Made by a program: the position numbers and the translations under genes. This document shows, piece by piece, positions 10,046 through 21,171 of a stretch of DNA of 64,000 bases (position 1 is its first letter; the number at the start of each line of letters is the position of its first letter). This stretch comes from Candidatus Eiseniibacteriota bacterium (lineage in GTDB: Bacteria > Eisenbacteria > RBG-16-71-46): assembly GCA_963717505.1 (NCBI GenBank), contig OY970342.1, forward strand, positions 3,584,001-3,648,000, given 5' to 3'. The notes under the pieces are model-generated. The model saw nothing but the letters and a program-made list of their open reading frames with translations, did no database searches and had not been told where the DNA came from.

Positions 10046-11262
10046 CCCTCGGCGTACTGCTCGGCGGCTGCAGCGAGCGCGAGCGGGCCAATCCGTTCGA
10101 TCCGTCGAACCCGGGCACTCACGGGCGTCCGGCCGGGTTCATGGCGGTCGCGGGGTCGGGCTACGTGCAATTGCGCTGGCAGAGCCCGGTCGGCATCGAC
10201 CTCGAAGGGTTTCACCTCAAGCGCCGCGCCCAGGGCGACAGCGTCTATCGGGTGCTCGTCACACGCATCCAGCCGCTCTCGACCACGTTTCTCGACACCA
10301 ACGTCTCGAACGATCGCCGCTACGACTATCGGCTCTCGTACATCTTCGACGGGGAGATCTCGGCGGTCGCTGCCGAAGACTTCGCGACACCCGGCCGGCT
10401 GCGTCCGTGGGTGAGCGACGCCGGCGCATCGGAAGTTCTGCTGCTCTCGGCCGACGGGCGCCGCGTGGTGTTCGCCGAGCGCGGGTTTTCCTCCCCGGTG
10501 CCGCTCGCGGTCGACCCCGCCGACGGTCGCGTCTGGGTCGGCGACAACTACACCGGCGAAGTCACCCTGCTGCTGTTCGGCACGCGGGTTCGCATCACCA
10601 GCTTCCTGCGCCCGATCGCGATTGCGCTCGATCCGCGCGACGGCTCGGCGTGGGTGTGCGACGAGAATCTCGGCGAGGTCGGCCACTACACGCGTGACGG
10701 CGTCCGCGCGACTCCACCGCGGATCGGGCCGTTCTCCCTGCCGATCGCCTCGGCGATCGATCCGGTCGATGGCACGATCTGGGTGTGCGACAACGGAGCC
10801 CGACAGGTGCAGGTGTTCAACGCCGACGGCACCCGAAGGCGGACCATCGATACGCCTCGCCCCTCGCGCATCGCGATTCATCCGGTGACGCGTGACGCGT
10901 GGGTCACGTCGTTCGAGCAGGGCGTGGTCCTGCGCTTGCCGTACGACGGGCTCGGCTTCGAACAATTCGACGGTTTTCGCGGCCCGATCGGCATTGCGGT
11001 CGACGGTGCGCGCAATCGCGTCTGGGTGGCCGAGGCCGTGGCCGGCCGGGTGCTGGCGCTGGACACCGATGGGACCATCGAACGTGCAGTGACCGGCTAT
11101 CCCGAAGCCCGCGAAATCGCGGTCGATCCTCACACCGGAAACGCCTGGGTGGTGGTGGCGCGCACGCGGCGGATCGCGGTCGTGACCCCCGAGGGCGCCG
11201 AGATCGGGGCGGTCGAGGGCCTGGCCGGGCCACTCGGGATTGCGCTGGATCCGGGGCGCTAG
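10021..11262 (+). CDS. Lipoprotein with FN3-like domain and NHL/YVTN-type beta-propeller
   Basis: Lipobox LLGGC followed by RANPFDP. FN3-like VQLRW...YDYRL. Repeated PxxIAVDPxxGxVWV units. Confidence 0.8.
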   Translation: MRSVAALLALGVLLGGCSERERANPFDPSNPGTHGRPAGFMAVAGSGYVQLRWQSPVGIDLEGFHLKRRAQGDSVYRVLVTRIQPLSTTFLDTNVSNDRRYDYRLSYIFDGEISAVAAEDFATPGRLRPWVSDAGASEVLLLSADGRRVVFAERGFSSPVPLAVDPADGRVWVGDNYTGEVTLLLFGTRVRITSFLRPIAIALDPRDGSAWVCDENLGEVGHYTRDGVRATPPRIGPFSLPIASAIDPVDGTIWVCDNGARQVQVFNADGTRRRTIDTPRPSRIAIHPVTRDAWVTSFEQGVVLRLPYDGLGFEQFDGFRGPIGIAVDGARNRVWVAEAVAGRVLALDTDGTIERAVTGYPEAREIAVDPHTGNAWVVVARTRRIAVVTPEGAEIGAVEGLAGPLGIALDPGR

Positions 11263-11284
11263 CCATGCGGGCCCGAAGTCGAGG

Positions 11285-13594
11285 TCAGCGCACCAAAGCG
11301 ATCTTTTTCGCCTGTCCTCGTCCCCCCTCGACCACGCGCACCCAGTAGAGCCCCGGCGGCAATCCCGCCGCACTCACATTCACGCCGTGTCGCCCGGGCG
11401 CGAATCCGTACAACTCCTGCCGGCGCACGACCCGCCCCGCCAGATCGGCGATCTCGAGATGCGCCGGCGCGCCTCCTTGCAGCACGATGTCGGCGCGGAA
11501 CACGCTCGCGGCGGGATTTGGGATCAGCCGCTCGATGCCCGCCGTGGGAATGGGCGGCGACGGTAGCGGGCCCGCCGGCTCCAGCCTCCGGAAGAACACG
11601 TCGGGGTTGTAGTAGCGGCCATCGCCCCACGCGATCGCCACGCCGTAGTCGCCTGAGTGCAGGCCCATGTAGTCGCCCTGGTTGGGCGACAGATTCGCGC
11701 CGACGTCCGACCAGCCGGACGGCTCGTCGCTCATGGCACCGAGCGGGGTCCATGACCCGCCGCCGTCGTCGGAGCGCGAGGCGTAGACGTGCGACCAGGC
11801 GCCGCAGGTGACGTCGGTCTGGTCGCGCCAGTCGTACCACGCGGCATACACGCGTCCGTCCGGCGACACGGCGACTTCGGGGAACCAATTGTCGAACCAC
11901 GGGGGATCGTCGCTGACCCGCACCGGCTCGCGCCAGGATTCGCCGGGATCGCGCCCGGCGACGAACACGTCGCGATGGTCGCGGGCGCGTTCCGCGCCCG
12001 CCGCCAGCATTCCGGTGCGCATGCGATAGCCGCCCTCGGCGCCCCCGAAGCCCGCGAGGCGAACGAGGTAGACGGCCGATTGGGGCAACGTGAAGACCAT
12101 GACGCGGGGCCGGCCCGCCCACCCGGGAGCGCTGTACGCGAGTCGCATCGCGCCGTCGGCGCACATCAACCGCAACGACGCGTTCAGGTCCGGGCCGGTC
12201 GAGTCGGCGTAGAGGAATACGGTCTGCCCGCGCTCGCCGGCAAATCGGAACAGTTCGACGTCGTCGCGTTTGTCGACGACGCCGCGCACCGTCTCTCCCA
12301 CCACGATCGGGGTAGCGACCTCGGCGATGTCGTTGGGTTCGATCTCGTGACGCTCGCCACCGCCGCCGGGCGGGTCGTCGAAGTAGTTGACGCCCTCGTT
12401 CCAGGCGACGTACGCGCGTCCACGATGCGGCCCGTTCGAGCGGTCGACCGCGAGCGCCGGAAACATCAGGCCGTAGCCGCGGTCGAATCCGGGAGCACCG
12501 CTGCCGAAGTTCGGGTACACGGCGGCGACGTCCTGCTCGTCCGAGAAGGTCGCGCCGCCGTCGTCCGAGACCCGATGGCGGAAGTGATCCACGCCGAGCG
12601 ACGCGCGCGTGGTGTCCACCGCCATCCACACCACGTGGACTTCGCCATCGGGGCCGACGGCCGGGCGCGAACCCTGGACCAGGCCCTGATCGCGCGGCGA
12701 CGACAGGATATCCGGCAGCGACCACGACTGATTGTCGTCGGTCGAGCGCTGGAACTCGATCTGATCGCTCTGGTCGCGGACCTTGAGGAAGAACGTGGTG
12801 TAGCTCAGGTAGAGAGCCCCGGTCAGCGAGTCGGCGGCGATCCAGGGTTTGTCGGGCAGCGTGTCGCGCACCGCGCGCGTGAGGACCGGCGTGCCCCAAT
12901 GCAGAGCCCCACCCGAAAACTCGCCGCGCAACACGCCGATCGCGTTCTGCAGCTCGGTGGTGATCACCATGCCGGCGAAGTAGAACGCCCGCGTCCGTTC
13001 GTTGACCGTGACCACCGGATCGCTGACCCAGCGGGCGACGCGCCCGGCGATCGGCAGGTCGCCGCCGTCGACCCAGGTGCGGCCGCTGTCGGCCGACCAG
13101 CCGTAACCCATGCCCCCGATCCGGCTGCCGCCGTCGTTCCACGCGGCGACCAGGAAGGGGCCGGTTCCGGCGATCGAGACTTCGGACTGAGTCGAGAGCG
13201 GATTGCCGTCCGTCGCCGGGTTATTCACCAGCCGATTGAGCGCCCAGGGGCTCACGGCCGCCCGAGGCACCACGCGACCTGCCCCCTGAGGGCCCCCAGT
13301 TTCGTCGTGGTCGCGCGGCCGGCGCGCCCCCGAGCCCGGGGCGGGCAATCGGTTCCGCACCCGCCACGGCTTCGCCAGCTTGGCGCGCGCACCGTCGTGG
13401 AGCAGCTGGACCTGAAGCGTCTTCAGCTCACGGCGCAGGTCCTCGATCGCAGCCGCCGTGGTCGACGGAAGGTCCGGGGCGGGCGCGCGATTCGATGTGG
13501 GCGCTGCGTCGGATCCGGCGGCGTGGGGAACGGAAACACCCAGGGCGCCGGCAAGGAATGCCAGCGGAATCCAGCGTGCAGCCGCGGGTGGCAC
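11285..13594 (-). CDS. Secreted BNR/Asp-box (sialidase-like) protein with PPC-like insert and T9SS/FlgD-like C-terminal domain
   Basis: Asp-boxes SADSGRTW, STDDNQSW, SDDGGATF, SDDGGGSW. PPC-like EIEPND...DVELFRF. C-terminus IPNP...IADLAGRVVR...LPPGLYWVRV...KKIALVR. Confidence 0.8.
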   Translation of the reverse strand: MPPAAARWIPLAFLAGALGVSVPHAAGSDAAPTSNRAPAPDLPSTTAAAIEDLRRELKTLQVQLLHDGARAKLAKPWRVRNRLPAPGSGARRPRDHDETGGPQGAGRVVPRAAVSPWALNRLVNNPATDGNPLSTQSEVSIAGTGPFLVAAWNDGGSRIGGMGYGWSADSGRTWVDGGDLPIAGRVARWVSDPVVTVNERTRAFYFAGMVITTELQNAIGVLRGEFSGGALHWGTPVLTRAVRDTLPDKPWIAADSLTGALYLSYTTFFLKVRDQSDQIEFQRSTDDNQSWSLPDILSSPRDQGLVQGSRPAVGPDGEVHVVWMAVDTTRASLGVDHFRHRVSDDGGATFSDEQDVAAVYPNFGSGAPGFDRGYGLMFPALAVDRSNGPHRGRAYVAWNEGVNYFDDPPGGGGERHEIEPNDIAEVATPIVVGETVRGVVDKRDDVELFRFAGERGQTVFLYADSTGPDLNASLRLMCADGAMRLAYSAPGWAGRPRVMVFTLPQSAVYLVRLAGFGGAEGGYRMRTGMLAAGAERARDHRDVFVAGRDPGESWREPVRVSDDPPWFDNWFPEVAVSPDGRVYAAWYDWRDQTDVTCGAWSHVYASRSDDGGGSWTPLGAMSDEPSGWSDVGANLSPNQGDYMGLHSGDYGVAIAWGDGRYYNPDVFFRRLEPAGPLPSPPIPTAGIERLIPNPAASVFRADIVLQGGAPAHLEIADLAGRVVRRQELYGFAPGRHGVNVSAAGLPPGLYWVRVVEGGRGQAKKIALVR

Positions 13595-13663
13595 CGAGTC
13601 CCTTCCCTGTGCGGCCAGGCGGACCCCGCTCTTCGGAGTCCGATCGGAATCGTTCCGCCCCGG

Positions 13664-16590
13664 CTAGAAGTTGAACCCGATACTGAACTGCATCACCGGA
13701 CGGCGGGAGAAGTGCTGGAAGTCGGGCGTACTCCACACCCAGTTCCAGCGGATCGCCGGATAGTAACCCCCGAGGAGGTAAACCCCGAAACCGGCGCTCC
13801 CGACCTTTGAGTGGATGGGGCCATTGCTCAGCCAGGCGGCATCGGCGAACGCCGCTCCACCGACGTAGGGCAGGGTCCACATGCCGGGCACCGCCAGGCG
13901 CAGTCGGCGCAGCAAGGGATAGCGAAGCTCCTGCTGCACCAGCATGGTTTGATACCCCGCGAACGACCTGCGGTCGTAGCCCCGCAACGAGAACGAGCCG
14001 CCCATGTAGTAGCGCTGGGCGTCGTTGCCGCCGCTGGTCTGCGCCTGAACCCGGGTCACCGACACCACGTGCGGCACCGGCATCATGTACTGCCGCGCTT
14101 CGGCTCGAAGCGAGGTGTAGTTGCCGTCGCTGCCCGCCAGGTCGCGCGTGAAACCGGCCGAGAAGTACAGCCGCTGGCCGCCGCTCGGGCCCATCCACGT
14201 CCAACGCGTGTTGTCGTGGACGATCGAAGCGTAGTTCGAGACCAGGTCGGCGGAACCGAACTGGCCGTTCTGGTAGAAGTGGTTCTTCGCGTGGCGCACC
14301 ACCAGCTGGCCTTCGACTCGCGTGAACTTGCTGAACGGATAGCTCAGCAGGCCCTGGATTCCCAGGCGCGGCTCGCGGCGGACCACGTCCAGCTCGGCGT
14401 CGTAGATCTCGGTCAGCCGGAACACGCCGACTCCCCAGTTCAGGCGGCGCGCGCGGTTGATGTAGGTCAGCCGAGCCCTGGAAGCCGTCCCAGAAGTTGC
14501 CGAAGCGGTCGGCGTCGTTGCCCACGTAGATGAAGATCTGCTCGTTGCCGAGCACGTCGCTGAGCGCGATCTGGCCGGCTGGTTCGGCGCCGCCGCCGGT
14601 CGGGTCGTATCCAATCGCGTTCTGCACCAGGTCGAACGACAACCGGCGCTGATAGCGTGACGGCGGGTCCGAGTAATGCGCGACGGGCAGCACCGGAACC
14701 CGCGCGGGCACCGGTTCGGGCTCGATCGCCAGCGAGTCGGGATCGAATTCGATCTGGAAGGTGTGGAACGTGACCTCGTGCTGGGCGGTGAACACGAGCC
14801 CGCGGCCGTCGTTGAGCCAGTCCGGATCGGTGGCGGGCCCGATCAGGCGCGTGACACGCCGCGCCTCGGCGGCCGGCTCGGCTGGCCGCACCCACAGATC
14901 GCTCGTGCCGCCGCGCGTGGAACGGAACGCGATCCACTTGCCGTCGGGTGAGTAGACGGGCTGGCGGTCGTCACCGGACGGCGGCTCGCTGACCGCTTCG
15001 GGTCGCGGAAGGCCCGTCGCCGGCACGTCCCGCGGCGCCGCCAGAGCGAACACGGCCGGCGCGGGTGCCGCCACCGTCAGGTCGTCCTCGACCGACTCTT
15101 CGATCGCCACCGGCCCTTGCGGGGCCGAATCGACGGTGAGCGCCATGCGGAACAGCGAGTAACGTCCACCGCGATCGCCGCGGTCCGAGGCGAACACCAC
15201 CCAGCGCCCGTCCGGCGAGATGCGGGCTCGACGTCGTCGAAGTCGTCGTTGGTCAGCCGCTCGAGCCGAGCGCGATTCGCCCGACCAGCGTGACGCGGTA
15301 GAGGTCGGTGCGTCCGCCGTAGTCCTGACCGGAGAACACGATCGAACGGTCGCCGGGCGCGAGCGTCGGATCGTTGAATCGCGACCAGATGCGAGAAGTC
15401 GAAGCGCTTGACGGCCCGGCCGCGATTGGGGTCCACGAGCAGCAGGGCGTCGCGACCCCCCTGCTTGGACGACAGCACGATCAGTGCCGGACGGCGAGAC
15501 GTCGGGCCGGTTCTGGAACAGGTGGAACGATTCGAACCGGGCGACGTGCCCGCCGCGCAGCAGGCGATCGTCGCGCCGCTTGCCCTTCTTGTCGACGGCT
15601 CGCTCAGCATCAGGTCGACGCCGGTCTCGCTCGCCGCGAAGTAGCAGAAGCGGACCAGCGGAATCGGGATGGCCCTTGGCCGGCAGCACGCGCGGGCCGA
15701 GATGGTAGTAGCCGCGCCCGCTCAGGCGCTTGGCGATGTCGTCGGGCTCGTGCGCGGTGGCGACCACCGGATAGTAGCGACGCCGCAGCGACTCGAACCA
15801 CTCCTCGTCGAGCCGCTGCAGCGGTTCGCCGAACGTCGAAACGGAACGCGGTCTCGAAGTCGTCGGCCTGTGCCAGTTGTCCATCACGTCGATCAGCTTG
15901 TCTTCGCCGTAGCGCTCGGCGAGCCAGAGCAGGAAGGACTGGCCCTCCTTGTACATCAGCACCGTGCCGGTGATCGCCTCGCTGTGGGTCAGCGGCATGG
16001 CCTCGGCCCGAGATCACCGCGTCGCGCAGCAGGCCCTCGGCGTCGGCGTCCCAGGTCGTGCCGCAGTACTCGGCCAGACCCTCGATGAACCAGAGCGGCG
16101 GCAGGTAGTTCTGCGTGCGCTTGTGCTCGCGCATGACCCGCGCCGAGCTTCTCGAGCATGTAGGCGTGCGCCAGCTCGTGACGCGTCACCCAGCGCGAGG
16201 CGGGCCCACGAACCGGTGTGCGGCAGCAGCACGCGGCCCTTGATCAGCTCGGTCAGTCCGCCGGTGCCCTCGGAGATGAAGCTGGGCGTGGCGTTGGTCT
16301 GCTGGAACAGGTGGTGGACCGAGTAGAGCAGGAACGGAATCTTGCGCTGGGGCGGCAGCCGGAAGCGCGCGTCGTACTCGACGCACACGCTCTCGGCGAT
16401 ACACGGCCAGATGGCGCGCGAGGCTCTCCTCTTCGGCGTAGTAGTGGAGGCGCAGGTGCGGGGTCTCGAGGACGGCCCACTCGAGCGTCTCGTACTGGAC
16501 CTTGTTCTTGCCGAACACCTGCGCACCGGCCGACGACACGCATGCCAGCGAGACGAACAGCGAGATGCCGACGGCAAGGCGGTGCCCCAT
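13664..16590 (-). CDS. Omp85/BamA-family barrel protein with N-terminal metallopeptidase-like domain and PD40/TolB-like propeller (frameshifted in this sequence)
   Basis: Signal peptide then FGKNKVQY. HExxH (RHELAH) and PLWFIEGLAEY. SPDGRWVVFASDR repeats. C-terminal YYMGGSFSLRGY and FSIGFNF. Confidence 0.85.
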
Positions 16591-16621
16591 CACTCGACTA
16601 GGTACTCCGAGGGGGATGGTC

Positions 16622-17389
16622 CTAGATTCCGCGGCCCCGGGTCGCGAGATGTTCCAAATGATACATGCCAGCCGGCGCGCTGGCCACGAAATCGTGCGGC
16701 CGCCAGGACCCCATGGGCGAAGGCCGCCCGGTCCTGAGCGACGTGCCGCAACTCGAGCCACTCGCCCGCCCCTGCGAGCGAGGACGGTGTGGTCGCCGAC
16801 CCAGGTGCCGCCGCGCACGGCGTGAATTCCCAGTCTCGCCTGGCGGGTCGTGGCCCAACTCGGCCGGCGCGGCCGTGACGGAATCCGGACTCCGGGATCT
16901 CCCGCGTGCCGCCGACTTCACGGGCCAGCGTGAGGGCCGTCCCCGAAGGGGCGTCGACCTTGAACCGATGATGACGTTCGACGATTTCGACGTCCCACGA
17001 CTCCGGCAGGACTTCGAGGGCCGCCTCCAGGCGCGGCGAAGGGCCAGCACTCCAAGGCTGAAGTTGCTGGCAGTCAGCACTGCCACGCTCCGAGCCGGTC
17101 GCCACCACCCGGCCTTCCTCGGCCGCGTCGAGGCCGGTGGTGCCCGAGACCAGGGCCGCACCTGCCGTTACACACAGATCACATGCAGCCATCGCGCCTT
17201 CAGGCGAGCTGAAATCGACGACCACGTCGCCTGGGCGCCAATGGCTCATCCAGCTCCGGCAAACCCTTGCTTTGTGACCGGGGACGATCGATTCGACGCC
17301 TTGATCCGGAACCCGCCGGCCGCGGTCGCAGCCTCGGCGATCGCCCGTCCCATGCGCCCCGCCGCCCCGACCAGAACCAGGCCGATCAC
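16622..17389 (-). CDS. dapB: 4-hydroxy-tetrahydrodipicolinate reductase (frameshifted in this sequence)
   Basis: GAAGRMG, VVVDFSSP, VSGTTG, ASNFSLGV, EIVERHHRFKVDAPSGTAL, RAAFAHG. Start approximate. Confidence 0.92.
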
Positions 17390-17435
17390 GCCCAGCCGCC
17401 GCGGGTCACCGTGGCCCTCGATCGAGTGGTTCCGA

Positions 17436-18333
17436 TCACGCGCGGCCACCGGTGGTCGCCGCCGCTTCGAGCGCGATGCCGCTGGCGCGGGCCGCCGCCA
17501 GGATCGCCTGTTCACTCGCCGGCTCGACCGGCACCAGCGGCAGGCGCAGCTCGTTCGCCATGATCTTCATCGCCGAGAGCAGGTACTTGACCGGGCCGGG
17601 ATTGGATTCGATGAACAGCGCCTTGAACAGCGGCAGCAGCTTGCGATGTGCCGCCTCGGCCTCGCCATTCGCCCGGCGCGCGCGTGGTCGCACAGCGCGC
17701 GCATCTCGCGCGGCGCGACGTTGCCGACCACCGAGATGATGCCGCGTGGCGCCGACCGCGATCATCGGCAGCGTCAGCGAGTCGTCGCCGGAGAGCAGGG
17801 TGAGCCGGTCCGGGCCACGAGCGCGCTCGCCTGGTCGAGGCTGCCCGAGGCCTCCTTCACCGCGACGATGTTGGCAGCGTCCGACCTTCTCGAACGTCTC
17901 GGGCAGCGTGTTGGTCGCCGTCCGCCCGGGCACGTTGTAGAGGATGAGCGGCAGCTTGGTGGCCGCGCCACCGCCGGTGAAGTGCGCGACCTGCCCGCGC
18001 GGCGTCGGCTTGTTGTAGTAGGGCGTCACCAGCATCGCGCCGTCGAGCCCCAGCTCCTCGGCCATGCGCGTGAGCGCGATGCTGTCGGCGGTCGAGTTGG
18101 TGCCGGTGCCGGCGATCACCGGCACGCGCCCGCGCGCCCGCTCGCGAACGAACGCGCCACAGCGTCCGGCGCTCTTCGACCGAGCAGGTCGCGGCCTCAC
18201 CGGTCGAGCCCGAGACCACGAGCCCTTCGACGCCGCCCTCGATCAGGAACTCGACCAGACGGGCGGTGGCGTCGAGGTCCAGCTCGCCGTCCCGAAATGG
18301 CGTCACCATCGCGACGATCAGTCCTTCGAACAT
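17436..18333 (-). CDS. dapA: 4-hydroxy-tetrahydrodipicolinate synthase (frameshifted in this sequence)
   Basis: AMVTPF, GSTGE, VTPYYNKP, LYNVPGRT, VAVKEASG, LSGDD, ESNPGPVK. Confidence 0.95.
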
Positions 18334-18353
18334 TGCTTCCTCCCTCGCTCGGT

Positions 18354-19189
18354 TCACGAATGGGTGACCGGCGCGGGCTCGACCCATGCGCCCGTGAAGA
18401 CGGTTTCGACCGGCCCGCTCAGCCACACGTCATGGCCGCCGGCGACCGGACGGAACGTGACGCGCAGCTCGTCACCGCCGGCGGTCAGGATCGCGACCGG
18501 CGATGGCGCACCGTCGGCCGCGGCCGCCACGGCCGAGGCGATCGCGCCGCTGCCGCACGCCAGCGTCTCGCCCTCGACGCCGCGCTCGTAGGTGCGCATC
18601 GCGATGCGCCCGGCGCCGAGGCGCGCCACGAAGTCGACATTGGCGCCGGCCGGCTCGAAGCGCGCGTGCTGGCGCAGCGCGGGCCCCCACTCGCCCACCG
18701 GCGTCCACTCGACGCGCTCGACGCCGACCACGAAGTGCGGCACGCCGGCGCGCACGAGACGCCCCTGAAAGGTTCTGCCCGCGGCCTCGACCGCGGTCGT
18801 TCGCTCGCCGGCGGGCACGATGCCGAAGTGCAGCTCGATCCGGCCGTCGGTTGCGGCGCGCGCTTCCTGGATGCCGACCGTGGTGCGGAAACGCACGCGG
18901 CCGCTCGCGGCCGAGCCCCAGATCGAGCGCGCGCCGCGCCAGGCAGCGGGCGCCGTTGCCGCAGTAGTCGGCGGGCCGGCCGTCGGCGTTGAAGTAGCGC
19001 ATCGCGAAGTCGCACTCGGGGTCGCGCTCGATCAGCAGCACGCCGTCGGCGCCGATGCCGCGCCGGCGGTCGCAGAGCGCGCGCGACCAGCGGCTGGAGG
19101 GCATCGCCCGCCGGCAGGAACGGCGTGCGATGGTCGACCACCACGAAGTCGTTGGCGGCGCCGTGCATCTTGACGAACGGGAATTCCAT
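18354..19189 (-). CDS. dapF: Diaminopimelate epimerase (frameshifted in this sequence)
   Basis: FVKMHGAANDF, GIGADG, YCGNGARC, GVPH, GANVDF, RTYERGVEGETLACGSG. Confidence 0.95.
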
Positions 19190-19192
19190 CCG

Positions 19193-20260
19193 TCAGGGCC
19201 CTCCGCCCTCGCGGCCGCAACCTGAGCTCGATGTCGTCGAGCCGGCCGGCCGGCTCGATCACCACCCGGACCCGAGCCGTCGAGTTCTCGCGCTCGCGGT
19301 CGAACTGACCGTTCGCGTTCAGGTCGCGAAATGCTCCCAGCAACCAGGGACCGGGGTCGAGGCGCAGCTCGAAGTCGCCGTCTTCTTCGGCGTCCACCAT
19401 GACGCTGCGCGTGGTGTCGGACTCGAGCCGCGCGACGACCCGCAGCACGCCCGTGCTGTCGCCGAGCGAGTCTATCACAGTGCCGTGGACGCTCCCCAGG
19501 CGCGCGCGGATTGACGACGATCAGCTGCGATGCTGTCGGCTCGCGGGCGCCTCGGCGGTCAGCGCGAACGTGGTGTCGATCGGGGCAGCACGTCGGCGTT
19601 CGGCTCGAACGAGCGGTTGCCGTTCAGGTCCGCGAACGCCCACAGCCGGTAGCGTCCCGGGCACCGCGAGGCCGACGATCTCGGAAGCGACTCGTCTTCG
19701 TCGACGATGCCGAGCGCGTCGAAGTCGCGCGCCGTGCTGTCGGGCGCGTGCGCCCGGCCGTCGTAGCACCACAGGTAGCAGCCTTCGCTCGTCGAGACCC
19801 GCGCGCGTCGAGCTCGCCCGCGATCGAGCCGGGCGGGAAGGTCGCGCGGTGCTGAACACGACCGTGGCGCCGCTCGCCGTATCGGGTTGCCGTGTCGATC
19901 GCGCGCCGGTGCCCCGAACGAACAGCGTGTAGGTCTGCGCCGAGTCGAGCGGCTCGCGCCAGAACCAGCGTCAGCGTGCGTCCGCTCCACCGCCGCTGCT
20001 TGATCGGAACTCCGGGGGCGATCGCCACCGCCTCTCCGGTCGAGCGCGGCTCCATCGGCTCGCTGAACGTGATCGAGGGGTGGACGTCGATCGGCACCCC
20101 GGCCGCACCGGAGTCGGGTCGCTCTTCTCGACCCGCGGCGGGTCGAGGTCGGGCGGGCCGCCCGAGGGCGGCGCGATCTTGGCGCACGCCGGGAGCAGGA
20201 AGACTCCGACGCGAAGCACTGCCGCGGAGCTGCGCAGTCGGCGTGCGACGTCCCGCTCAC
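19193..20260 (-). CDS. Lipoprotein with bacterial Ig-like (Big_5-type) domain (frameshifted in this sequence)
   Basis: [30 protein letters not shown], two AFxDLNxN motifs. Ends approximate. Confidence 0.7.
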
Positions 20261-21171
20261 GCACGCGGATGCGCGCGCTGGTAGGCCTTACGCAGTCGGC
20301 CCCGCGAGACGTGCGTGTAGACCTGCGTGCTGGCCAGCGATCGGTGGCCGAGCAGCTCCTGGATCGCGCGCAGGTCGGCGCCGCGATCGAGCAGGTGGCT
20401 GGCGAACGAGTGGCGCAGCGCGTGCGGCGTCACGCCGAGGCCGGCGCGCGACCTCGGCCAGCCGGCGTCGGACCACGCGCTGGACGTGCGACCCGAGAGC
20501 CGCGCGCCGCGCGCGTTCAGGAACAGCGGCTCCGGCGCCGCGCGCCCGCTCCGCCCCGGCGCGACGCGCGCCTGCGCGGTGCGCCGGGCGACGTCGATAG
20601 CGGTCGAGCGCCGCGAGCGCCGCGCCGCCCCGACCGGCACGATGCGCTCGCGCCGGCCCTTGCCGCGCACGCGCACCAGTCGGGCGCCGCGGTCGAGGTC
20701 GCCGCGGTCGAGCCCGACCAGCTCCGACAGCCGCAGCCCCGACGAGTACGCCAGCTCGAGCAGCGCGCGGTCGCGCAGGGTGGCGGGATCGCCGCCGGCG
20801 ATGCGGTCGAGCGCGCGACCGAGTTCCTGCGCCGGCAGCGTGCGCGGCAGACGCTTCGGCAGGCGCGGGAAGGCGAGCGCGCGCGCTGGATCGCGATCGA
20901 TCACGCCGCGCCGCACGCAGAAGCGCGAGAAGCTCCGCCAGGCGGCCAGCGCGCGCGCGGCGCTCGAGGCCGCATGCCGGGTGCGGTAGAGGTCGCGCAA
21001 CGCGCGCTCGAGGCGCTCGCGTGTCCACTCGGACGGCGCCACAGGCTTGCCCGGCCCCGGCGACGCGATCGAGCACGCGGGCGATGTCGCGGCGATACGC
21101 GGCGAGCGTGTGCGGCGAGGCCCGCCGCACCGAGTCCAGCTCGGTCAGGAACGCTCGAGCGCTTCACGCAC
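20257..21171 (-). CDS. xerC: Tyrosine recombinase XerC (frameshifted in this sequence)
   Basis: [84 protein letters not shown]. Follows topA. Confidence 0.85.
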
